A stretch of DNA of 64,000 nucleotides. Source: Elusimicrobiota bacterium (GTDB lineage: Bacteria; Elusimicrobiota; Elusimicrobia; F11). A model generated the notes under the pieces. It saw nothing but the letters and a program-made list of their open reading frames with translations. It searched no databases and was not told the DNA's origin. Made by a program: the position numbers and the translations under genes. Location of the stretch: contig JBGAON010000001.1 of assembly GCA_044221725.1 (NCBI GenBank), positions 608,001 to 672,000 on the forward strand, read 5' to 3'. Shown here one piece after another: positions 29,231-37,729 of the stretch (position 1 is its first letter; each line of letters opens with the position of its first letter).

Positions 29231-29551
29231 ATGGCGATTCCTCTGGCTTGGATAAGAGCTTGTGCTAAAAATGAAGATTATGAAGTTTCTTCACATGCAG
29301 ACGATGAGGCTCAAGATGAGAACATTTCTATCGATGATATCGAGGCTGTATTAATGAACGGAGAAATTTTAGAACAGTATCAACCTGGGGGAAGGAGAAA
29401 AGATCCGTGCTGCTTATTGAGCGGAACTGGATTAGATAACCGGCCCATACACGTTGTTATTGCACAAACAAAGTATGGTATGAGAATTGTTACAACGTAT
29501 CTCCCAAAGCCACCACAGTTCATTGATCCAAAAACTAGGAGTAAAAAATGA
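29231..29551 (+). CDS. DUF4258-family putative toxin
   Basis: SHA...I...DIE.VL.NGEILEQY...CLL.G...RPIHVV...IVTTY.P pattern. Confidence 0.8.
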   Translation: MAIPLAWIRACAKNEDYEVSSHADDEAQDENISIDDIEAVLMNGEILEQYQPGGRRKDPCCLLSGTGLDNRPIHVVIAQTKYGMRIVTTYLPKPPQFIDPKTRSKK

Positions 29552-29793
29552 TTAAGAAATCCTACGCTGACTGCCATGTTTGTGGCGGAAAAGTAAAAGA
29601 GCAACACGTTGATAAAATTTGCCGACGTGGTGGCCAAATCATCGAAATTATTCAGAACGTTCCAGCAGGTGTTTGTGAGCAGTGTGGAGAGCGTTATTAT
29701 TCGGTTAAAGTATTGAAAGCCATTGATGCCTTAATTAGCTCGCATAAGATTTCTAAGCGTCGTATTGAAGTGCCTATCGTTGAATATGCCTGA
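29548..29793 (+). CDS. YgiT/MqsA-type zinc-finger antitoxin
   Basis: CHVCGG...NVPAGVCEQCGERYY. Confidence 0.85.
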   Translation: MIKKSYADCHVCGGKVKEQHVDKICRRGGQIIEIIQNVPAGVCEQCGERYYSVKVLKAIDALISSHKISKRRIEVPIVEYA

Positions 29794-30067
29794 GAGTCTT
29801 AAAAAGAAAACCCAGATGCCATTGTCCTCTTCGGTCCTGGATGCACTGATTGAGTTGCCGTTGTCTTCTCAGTTAGCTACTTTAAGGAAATTAAAGGGAA
29901 TTTCTCAGGAAAAAATGGCCTCGGATCTGAAGGTGAAACAAGGGTACTTGTCTAGACTCGAGAATGGACTTTCGGATCATCGCTTAAGCAGTTACCAAAA
30001 AGAAGCAAAGTATTTAGGCGTCAGAATTATTGCCTTGCCGTTTGGGGCTAAAATAGTTTCCAGATAA
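29786..30067 (+). CDS. XRE-family HTH regulator
   Basis: LRKLKGISQEKMA...QGYLSRLENG. Confidence 0.8.
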   Translation: MPESLKKKTQMPLSSSVLDALIELPLSSQLATLRKLKGISQEKMASDLKVKQGYLSRLENGLSDHRLSSYQKEAKYLGVRIIALPFGAKIVSR

Positions 30068-30141
30068 TTTTCACCCGTCACTCAACCGTCACTGAAAAAG
30101 TGACCGGAAAATCTAGAGTGAAAATGACTGATAATCAGAAC

Positions 30142-30214
30142 GGGTCGCTAGCTCAACTGGCAGAGCAGGTCCCTCTTAAGGACAAGGTTGGGAGTTCGAT
30201 TCTCCCGCGGCCCA
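30142..30214 (+). tRNA. tRNA-Lys(CTT)
   Basis: Cloverleaf, loop CTCTTAA, T arm GGGAG-TTCGATT-CTCCC; no encoded CCA. Confidence 0.92.
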
Positions 30215-30234
30215 AGCTTCATTTTTACATGAAA

Positions 30235-30268
30235 AACCAGGTGGCACCCAATACCGCGCCACCTGGTT
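30235..30268. other. Hairpin downstream of tRNA-Lys (possible terminator)
   Basis: AACCAGGTGGC / GCCACCTGGTT 11-bp stem; poor U tract. Confidence 0.5.
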
Positions 30269-30524
30269 AGGTTTGACTATCGATTCGTTGCCGTAAAGTC
30301 GAAGTCCTCTATTTCTTTGTTCTTCGAGGAACTCCGTTTTTTGTTCGATTTTTTGTTGCCACCGCTCATTCGTTTCTTCGAACGGTGGGACGATTGATTC
30401 TTTCGCATAGATCCTCCTTCGATTTTTTTTGACGCTCCTTTTTGTTACGTGATCGTATATGGATAGTTCAGAGCCTGAGAATAGTTGTAACCGAGTGTTT
30501 CGCTCATCCATCTAACCGGTATGG

Positions 30525-31049
30525 ATGGAATTGTTCCCTATGAGTGAACTTTTGTTTGAAACATTGCAAAAGGACATTCGCACGCGGCAACAGCGCATCG
30601 AAAAGCTGGATACGAAGGTTCTCAAGTTCACGCGCGGCTTAATCCGAGACGAGACGAAGAATTACGAATCGTTGGTTGATAATGAGTACTTTTTAAAAAT
30701 TAGCCAACCCGGTTTTACGGAGCTTTCGACGCTTGATCAGCTGATGTATTTGGCGTTGTGGTTTTGTGAACGCAGTCGCAGCGCTTCAGATAATCGGTTC
30801 TCGTTCGAATGCCAAAAAGAAGTGAACGGACAGGTGGTGACATTCCTTGTGTCGTTGCAGATTGGGGAACAGAAATTTAACGTAGCTCTGGAATACGGCG
30901 CAAAAAAAGAAAAGCAAGAAACACTCGAAAAATCCGGTCTTCCTGTGCTGAACTACACGCCGATGGAATTGTGGCGCCGTCCACTGGAAATCGCCGAAGA
31001 GGTGTTTGATTTCTTGGATAAACTGGCGGAGTCCATATCTCCATCCTAG
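30525..31049 (+). CDS. Hypothetical protein with a degenerate DUF559/Vsr-like nuclease C-terminus
   Basis: FECQKEV...VTFLV...VALEYG...SGLPVLNYTPMELW follows the DUF559 pattern without its Asp residues. Confidence 0.5.
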   Translation: MELFPMSELLFETLQKDIRTRQQRIEKLDTKVLKFTRGLIRDETKNYESLVDNEYFLKISQPGFTELSTLDQLMYLALWFCERSRSASDNRFSFECQKEVNGQVVTFLVSLQIGEQKFNVALEYGAKKEKQETLEKSGLPVLNYTPMELWRRPLEIAEEVFDFLDKLAESISPS

Positions 31050-31055
31050 GACCCT

Positions 31056-31808
31056 ATGCCTGCCCATTTTTTTCTGATCGAAGACCTCGGGTTGTTTATT
31101 TCGAATCTCGAGTTGCGCGGTTATACGCGCGTGCGGTCGGATTCGTTGATCGAATATCATAAGACGATCTCGGGTGTATTGACGAAGTACTACGCGTATT
31201 CGTCGGTTGCCAGTCCGGACGCGCCCATCCAAGTTCGCGTGACGTACAAATTATTGGGCGATGGCAAGGCGCTTCAAAAGCTGGCCAAGAAGCTCAAGGA
31301 ATTAAACTACCGGTACCGCAAGACGTTGCCGGGCTGGAAAACAAAACGTGAACCATCCAAAAGGCGCCGAGATTTCCATTGGCACAATCTTGAATCCTTT
31401 TTGAATCATCACAGCGAACTGATCGCGTGTTTTAAGTACGAAGGCGACAATCGCCTCACCGAGGGAAATTATTCGTTTAATTTGCAGGTGGCGAGCACGC
31501 CCAAAGAGCAAGCGATTTGTCTCGACTTTATTCGCGCTATCGCCGAGGCGCACGCGCCGTACGGAATTGTTCGCCGACGCCGAGAGGCGGATCGCCCCAT
31601 ACAACAACGGAATGGCTGGATTCGCCGTTACGCGCAGTTGCACAAAAAGCGCGGCTGGGGCCCGCTTGAAATCGCGCGCGAGATTCAAAAGGAACTGCGC
31701 AACGGGACCTGGAACGAGCGCACGCGGTTTCAATTCAATATCGCGAACAACACGATCTGCAAAATTGCCGGACTAAAAATTCCTCGACAGCACTCCCACT
31801 TCAACTGA
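31056..31808 (+). CDS. Hypothetical basic protein, possible C-terminal HTH
   Basis: 250-aa ORF with AGGA upstream; GWGPLEIAREIQ helix-turn-helix-like tail. Confidence 0.6.
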   Translation: MPAHFFLIEDLGLFISNLELRGYTRVRSDSLIEYHKTISGVLTKYYAYSSVASPDAPIQVRVTYKLLGDGKALQKLAKKLKELNYRYRKTLPGWKTKREPSKRRRDFHWHNLESFLNHHSELIACFKYEGDNRLTEGNYSFNLQVASTPKEQAICLDFIRAIAEAHAPYGIVRRRREADRPIQQRNGWIRRYAQLHKKRGWGPLEIAREIQKELRNGTWNERTRFQFNIANNTICKIAGLKIPRQHSHFN

Positions 31809-31868
31809 CGAAGGCGACGAAATAGCGTTTTCGTTATTCGGTGGAAAATCAGCGACTAAACTGGTCGC

Positions 31869-33803
31869 ATGAAAAACCATCGAATGCTCTTCTCCCTGAT
31901 TCTCATAAGTGCCATCGGTTCGGTTCGAGCCGAAGATCTGCTCGTGGATAACTTCAATTATCCCGACGGCCTTATAACCAACGAATATGCGTTTTGGAAT
32001 CCGGAGGATCCAAACTCAGTGAAAAATCCCATTTGGGAAATGGACAGCGGATCGTTCTTCGCAAGTGGTGGTGCCGGTTGGAGCGGCGTCCCGAACGATC
32101 GCGCGCCAAACGCACGATCAACGAACGGCAACAATTCAGCGGTTTTCCGGTTGAACACCAAGAGATCCGACTTCGGCGATGTCGCTGTTTCTTTTTCCTT
32201 GCTAAATCAGGGGTTGACCCCTTCGCCGTCGACGCCGCCCGTCGACTGGGACGGTCTTCACATCTGGCTCCATTATCAATCCGAGTACTACTTGTATTAC
32301 GCGAGCATCAACCGTCGCGACAACACGGTCGTGATCAAGAAAAAGGTGCCGGGGGGGCCATCGAACGGCGGCACGTACTACGAGCTGAGTGACTACGTTC
32401 CCCATACGGTTCCGTACAACACGTGGCAACAGATAAAAGCCACGGTTCAAAACAACCTCGACGGGAGCGTCACAATTAAGCTTTTCGAGAACGACGTTCT
32501 GTTGGTCAGCGCCACGGACAACGGCACGATCGCCGGCCCCCCGATTCGGGGCCTGGGGAAAGTGGGGTTGCGTGGTGACAATGCGAACCTGAAATTTAAG
32601 AACTTCGTCGTGTCCACGCTGTCGGGTTCGACCCCCGCGACAATTCCGAACGCGCCGACGGGCTTAAGCGCGAGTTCCGGCGATCGCCGAGCCACCGTTC
32701 AATGGAGCGCGGTCGGAGGAGCGACCTCTTACAATATGTATTGGAGCACGAGTCGCGGTGTAAACAAAAGCAACGGCACTCGAATTTCCGGTGTGACGTC
32801 TCCACGAACGTTGAGCAACCTTACAAACGGCACCACGTGCTACGCTGTGGTGACGGCCGTCAATTCCATGGGAGAAAGCGCGGAATCGGTACAGGTCCAA
32901 TTTACGCCGGCGCCCGTACCGACGGGCGTATTGCCGGCGCCGCGCGGCGTTTCGGCGTCTTCGGCAGAATCCAAGATCACAATCTCTTGGAATCCGGTGC
33001 CTGGGGCGACGTCGTACAACCTTTACCGAAATCGGGTGACCGGTGTTTCAAAAGCGAACGGTTACAAAATCGCGAATGTTACCGCGCCTTATGTAAACAA
33101 AGGTCTCGTGAATGGGCAGGCGTATTACTTGGTGGTAACCGCGGTGAATCAGGCCGGGGAAAGTTTGGAATCCGCGGAAGTAGCGGCGACCCCGGGCTCG
33201 ACCAGCGCGCCCGTCCCTCCGACGAACATTCGCACAATTCCGGGCGACGGCCAAATTGTTATCAAGTGGGACCCGGTTCCGGGAGCCACCTCTTACAATC
33301 TCTACCGATCGCGCGCATCGAACGTCAACAAACAGACCGGATATCAAATCGAAAATGTCACGAATCCGTCGCTAAACACCGGATTCGCGAACGGTAAACC
33401 GATTTACATGGTCGTTACGGCCGTGAACGAGATGGGCGAAAGCGACGAATCCGTGATGGTTTCCGCGATTCCGTACGCCGGCGGTCCGCGTGGACTCGGA
33501 ATAAACGGTCCCGGGTCTCTCGGCGCGTCGACGAGTTTGGAGACCCGTCGCATTTTCCCGAACCCTTGGCGCAACGATAAGAATGCCGGGAATCCGGTGA
33601 CGTTCGATCAATTAACACCCGGCACATCCATCAGAATCTTTACGCTCGCGGGCCAGTGGGTGAACACGCTCGAAGCCGAAAGCGCCACCACGTGGGATCT
33701 TCGCAACCACGAGGGCGAAAAAGTGGCGTCGGGCGTCTACGTGTGTCTGTTCACAAACAACAATGGAGAAAAGAAACGCAGTCTTTTAACGGTGATCCAA
33801 TGA
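31869..33803 (+). CDS. Secreted protein: beta-sandwich domain, three FN3 repeats, T9SS-type/FlgD-Ig C-terminal domain
   Basis: Signal peptide; three W..V.GATSYN.Y...VVTAVN..GES.ES repeats; FPNPW...IFTLAG...WDLRN..G.KVASGVY tail. Confidence 0.85.
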   Translation: MKNHRMLFSLILISAIGSVRAEDLLVDNFNYPDGLITNEYAFWNPEDPNSVKNPIWEMDSGSFFASGGAGWSGVPNDRAPNARSTNGNNSAVFRLNTKRSDFGDVAVSFSLLNQGLTPSPSTPPVDWDGLHIWLHYQSEYYLYYASINRRDNTVVIKKKVPGGPSNGGTYYELSDYVPHTVPYNTWQQIKATVQNNLDGSVTIKLFENDVLLVSATDNGTIAGPPIRGLGKVGLRGDNANLKFKNFVVSTLSGSTPATIPNAPTGLSASSGDRRATVQWSAVGGATSYNMYWSTSRGVNKSNGTRISGVTSPRTLSNLTNGTTCYAVVTAVNSMGESAESVQVQFTPAPVPTGVLPAPRGVSASSAESKITISWNPVPGATSYNLYRNRVTGVSKANGYKIANVTAPYVNKGLVNGQAYYLVVTAVNQAGESLESAEVAATPGSTSAPVPPTNIRTIPGDGQIVIKWDPVPGATSYNLYRSRASNVNKQTGYQIENVTNPSLNTGFANGKPIYMVVTAVNEMGESDESVMVSAIPYAGGPRGLGINGPGSLGASTSLETRRIFPNPWRNDKNAGNPVTFDQLTPGTSIRIFTLAGQWVNTLEAESATTWDLRNHEGEKVASGVYVCLFTNNNGEKKRSLLTVIQ

Positions 33804-34720
33804 AAAAAATACTTTCGATATTCATTACTTTTTCGTTCTTCGGAATCGCAGGTGTCGGGTTTGCCGATCCTGGAACCGAAGGGGCAAGCTTTTTAAACAT
33901 CCCGGTTGGCGCGGAACCCGCCGCTCTTGGCAGCGCGTACAGCAGCCTCGCGGAAAACGCATACGCGCCGGTGTGGAACGCGGCCGGTTTGGGGCGCGTC
34001 GAACAAATGCAGCTCGCAGCGCAACACCTGGCGTATTTGGAATCGATTCATTACGAGTTCGCCAGTTTTGTCATGCCGCTAAGAAACAAAAGTGCGTTCG
34101 GCGTGAGCATTCAGTATCTCGGAACCGGCGATATCGCCGCGACGGACGCCAACGGAAATTCGATCGGTGCAACCACGAACCAATACGGCGCTTACAGCGT
34201 CGCCTATGGCCGTTCGTTGTCGGACCGGCTGTCGCTCGGATTGACGGGAAAATTTATTTCCGGGCATCTCGATAATGTCGGCGCGAGCGCTTACGCGCTT
34301 GATTTCGGCAGCATGTACCGCGTTTCGGAGCGATTAAATTTGGCCGCGACAATTCAAAACGTTGGGTCGCGACTGAAGTTCATAAGTCAAAGCGATCCAC
34401 TTCCGCTGGCGGCGCATGTGGGTGGCACGTACGCGTTTTTAAAGAATGTGTCGGCCTCGGCGGAAGCGGTTATTCCGCAGACGAAGCTTGTGTCGTTTCG
34501 TGGCGGCCTCGAATGGAAACCGGCAAATGAGTTGGCGCTGCGCATTGGATATCGCACGGACACGATCAAACAGTTGGGGCCGATCGCCGGACTAACCATG
34601 GGCGTCGGATTCAATCTGCTCGGACAAGAATTGTCGTATGCCTGGGTTCCGCTCGACGAGCTCGGCAATACGCACTATTTCTCTCTATTAATGCGGTTTA
34701 ACGACCACAAAAACCGTTAA
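33800..34720 (+). CDS. PorV/PorQ-family outer-membrane beta-barrel
   Basis: Signal peptide, FLNIPVGAEPAALGSAY...WNAAGL, alternating beta strands; ATGA coupling to the upstream gene. Confidence 0.82.
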   Translation: MKKILSIFITFSFFGIAGVGFADPGTEGASFLNIPVGAEPAALGSAYSSLAENAYAPVWNAAGLGRVEQMQLAAQHLAYLESIHYEFASFVMPLRNKSAFGVSIQYLGTGDIAATDANGNSIGATTNQYGAYSVAYGRSLSDRLSLGLTGKFISGHLDNVGASAYALDFGSMYRVSERLNLAATIQNVGSRLKFISQSDPLPLAAHVGGTYAFLKNVSASAEAVIPQTKLVSFRGGLEWKPANELALRIGYRTDTIKQLGPIAGLTMGVGFNLLGQELSYAWVPLDELGNTHYFSLLMRFNDHKNR

Positions 34721-34750
34721 TCATTCGTCGTCCAGGGATGACGACTCAAG

Positions 34751-34777
34751 TGTAACCTTCCGTGCCCCTCAATCGTC
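34751..34777 (+). promoter_or_regulatory. Putative ECF-type promoter TGTAAC-N17-CGTC
   Basis: Motif read directly; a similar site lies upstream of glmS. Confidence 0.45.
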
Positions 34778-34817
34778 GTAAGTAATGGACTTCATTACTT
34801 TTGATTCGGAGGGGCAC
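34762..34817 (+). promoter_or_regulatory. Hairpin sequestering the dehydrogenase RBS
   Basis: GTGCCCCTC pairs with GAGGGGCAC (SD); inner stems AATC/GATT and AAGTAATG/CATTACTT. Confidence 0.6.
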
Positions 34818-34818
34818 T

Positions 34819-36145
34819 ATGACAGCAGCAACCGTAGCATCAGACAACATCGTTCTTCAAAATAAGATTGAAACCCGCCAAGCACGCATCGGCGTTTTGG
34901 GACTTGGATACGTGGGTTTGCCTTTGGCGGTAGAGTTTGCAAAAACCGGTTTCTCCGTTTCCGGTTTCGAAGTTGATCCGGCCAGGATTCGTACGTTGCT
35001 CGCCGGAGAATCCTATATCGCCGATGTTCCGAGCGAGGATGTTCGCTCGCTCGTCGAGAAAAAGCGATTTGTCGCGACGACCAATTTCACGCAATTGAAT
35101 GCGATGGACATCATCATCATTTGCGTGCCGACGCCGCTCAGCAAAGCGAAAGAACCGGACATTTCTTACATCGCGAAAGCCACCGAAGCCGTCGCGAACG
35201 GACTGCACCGCCAACAACTGATCGTTTTGGAAAGCACCACGTATCCGGGCACAACGCGCGACTTCATGCTGCCGCTGCTCGAGAAGAAAGGTTTTAAGGT
35301 GGGCCGCGACTTCTTCCTCGCATTTTCTCCGGAAAGAATCGACCCGGGAAATCCGCAATTTCATCTCACGAACACGCCAAAAGTGGTGGGCGGCATTACG
35401 CCGGCGTGTGGGGAATTGACCGCTCTTCTGTACCGCCAAGTCGTTGACACCGTTGTTCCCGTCTCATCGTCGGAAGCGGCGGAGATGGTGAAACTTCTTG
35501 AAAACACGTTCCGCGCGGTGAACATCGGACTCGTGAACGAGCTCGCGCTCATTTGTGACAAACTGAAACTAAACGTTTGGGAAGTTATTTCTGCGGCGTC
35601 GACGAAACCCTACGGTTTCATGCCGTTTTATCCGGGCCCCGGGCTCGGCGGGCACTGCATCCCGATCGATCCGCTTTATTTGTCGTGGAAGATGAAGGTG
35701 CTAAATTTCTCAGCGCGCTTTATTGAGCTTGCAGACGAAGTGAATTCGCACATGCCCGACTTCGTTATTCAGAAAACCGCGCTCGCATTGAATCAGCGAA
35801 AAAAAATCGGTGAACGGTTCAAAGATTCTCGTGCTCGGTGTTGCCTACAAAGCGAACGTGAGCGATGTTCGGGAATCTCCGTCGCTCGATGTGATTCATT
35901 TGCTGCAGAATCTCGGAGCCGACGTTTCGTTCCATGACCCGTATGCCAAGTCCATTGAAGTGGGTGGCAAGCAGCTCACCGGTCGCGCGCTTTCGCCTTC
36001 GTTGCTTGAATCGATGGATGCGGTGATTGTTGCGACAGCGCACAGCGCTTTCGATGCGAAAGAAATCGTGCGGCACTCCTCTCTGGTGATCGATACGCGT
36101 AACGTGACGAAAGGAATGCGGAACGCGAATATCGTCCGGTTATAA
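34819..36145 (+). pseudogene. Nucleotide-sugar 6-dehydrogenase (WbpA/WecC-type), frameshifted at an A8 run
   Basis: GLGYVGLP, LESTTYPG, KLLENTFR, PGPGLGGHCIPIDP. The C-domain (LGVAYKANVSDVRESP...DTRN) continues in another frame after A8 at 35799-35806. Confidence 0.85.
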
Positions 36146-36148
36146 GCC

Positions 36149-37729
36149 ATGTCGCCGGTTATTACCTCAACACCTCGTCGCCGTCGCCACTTTCGGTTTC
36201 GCTACGTTGACGACGCAACGGTAAAAGTTGGCCATTCGCGCATGCACACGCGTCTGGTGGACGCGAGCGAATCCGGTGCGTGCGTCGAAGTGGACAAAAA
36301 CAGGCGTCTCCTTCCCGGGGCGGAAGTGACACTGGAATTGCCTGTTCCTCCCGGAATGAACGGCACGTCGGCCGATCACTTCTGCAAAATTGCTGGCACG
36401 GTTGTGCGCGTCGGGCATTCAACCGATGCGTCGCAGCGTTACGTGATCAAATTTAAACGATTGGTTCACGATCAGCTTGTGCTAAATCGCACACGCACAC
36501 ACAAGTTGGTTGTTGGCTTTGCGGCCACCGCGTTGGCAGCGGTCATTTGTTTGTTAAAGGTGAACAACCTTATTTACTTCTGGTACGACCCGTGGTTGCA
36601 GTTCTACAGCGTGGGGGCGGCTGCGTTTGTGGTTTCGCGCGTGGTTCTATCTTTGTCCTATCAGGAGCCGCTCGATCACGGATATTTCCCGAAAATTTCG
36701 ATTGTGATCGCCGCGAAAAACGAACAAGCGCATATTGCCGAGACCATCGAGCATTGTTTCCGTTCGCACTATCCGCCCGATCTTTTTGAAGTGTTGGCCG
36801 TCGACGACGGTTCCACCGATCTCACGTGGGACATTATGCAATCGCTTGTGAAGAAGTATCCGCGGTTGTCGGTCATTCATTTCGAAAAGAACAAAGGAAA
36901 AAGACACGCCATGGCGATCGGTGCTGAGAAGGCCACCGGCGATGTTCTCGTCTACGTGGATTCTGATAGCTACATTGACCCGGAGAGCTTGTACCGAATC
37001 GTGCAGCCATTTGCGCGGCGCAACGTCGGTGCGGTGTCGGGGCATGTGCTGGCCGCCATCGAGTCGGATAACTTTATTTCAAAAATGGAAGCGGTCCGTT
37101 ATTACATTTCCCATCGCGTGATGAAGGCGGCCGAAAGTATTTTCGGTGTGGTAACCTGTTGCCCCGGTGCGTTTTCGGCGTACCGAAGATCCGTTGTGCT
37201 CGACATTATTCCTGAGTGGTTGAACCAGAGGTTTTGGGGCACGCCCGCAACGTTCGGAGACGACCGCAGTCTTACGAATTATATTTTGCGCGAACACGAA
37301 GTGATTTACCACGCCGGGGCCTTGTGCTTGACCTACGTGCCTCGCACGTTGATGCAGTTTCTTCGTCAGCAATTGCGATGGAAGAAATCGTGGTCACGGG
37401 AAACAACGGTGGCCGTTCGAATTATGTGGAAAAAGCACCCGGTCGCCGCGCTGTTCTATTACCTTGGGATTGTGCTCACCTTGGTCTCTCCGCTGGTGGC
37501 GATGCGGGCTTTGTTTTATCTGCCGTTTGTTAGTGCGACGAGTTTCATTCCGTACATCAGCGGCGTTTTCCTCGTGTGTTTGTTCCTGTGTCTGATCTAC
37601 CTTTATTTCACGCGCTCACGATATTGGTATTTCGGCCTGCTGTTTGCGGCGCTCTATTTGGTCGTGCTGTCGTTCCAGAACTACTACGCGATTCTCACGA
37701 TGAACAAGAACCACTGGGGGACCCGATGA
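36149..37729 (+). CDS. PilZ-fused hyaluronan-synthase-like GT2
   Basis: PilZ RxxxR (RRHFR) and DxSxxG (DASESG); DDGS, GKRHAM, VDSD, GDDRSLTN, QQLRWKKSW. Confidence 0.85.
   Translation: MSPVITSTPRRRRHFRFRYVDDATVKVGHSRMHTRLVDASESGACVEVDKNRRLLPGAEVTLELPVPPGMNGTSADHFCKIAGTVVRVGHSTDASQRYVIKFKRLVHDQLVLNRTRTHKLVVGFAATALAAVICLLKVNNLIYFWYDPWLQFYSVGAAAFVVSRVVLSLSYQEPLDHGYFPKISIVIAAKNEQAHIAETIEHCFRSHYPPDLFEVLAVDDGSTDLTWDIMQSLVKKYPRLSVIHFEKNKGKRHAMAIGAEKATGDVLVYVDSDSYIDPESLYRIVQPFARRNVGAVSGHVLAAIESDNFISKMEAVRYYISHRVMKAAESIFGVVTCCPGAFSAYRRSVVLDIIPEWLNQRFWGTPATFGDDRSLTNYILREHEVIYHAGALCLTYVPRTLMQFLRQQLRWKKSWSRETTVAVRIMWKKHPVAALFYYLGIVLTLVSPLVAMRALFYLPFVSATSFIPYISGVFLVCLFLCLIYLYFTRSRYWYFGLLFAALYLVVLSFQNYYAILTMNKNHWGTR

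Noticed and set aside
30176..30511. 111-aa minus-strand ORF as a confident CDS
   Set aside because: Its 3' end runs antisense into tRNA-Lys and it has no recognisable motif.
34721..34818. Known c-di-GMP riboswitch
   Set aside because: No GEMM-type conserved elements were seen; reported only as an RBS hairpin.
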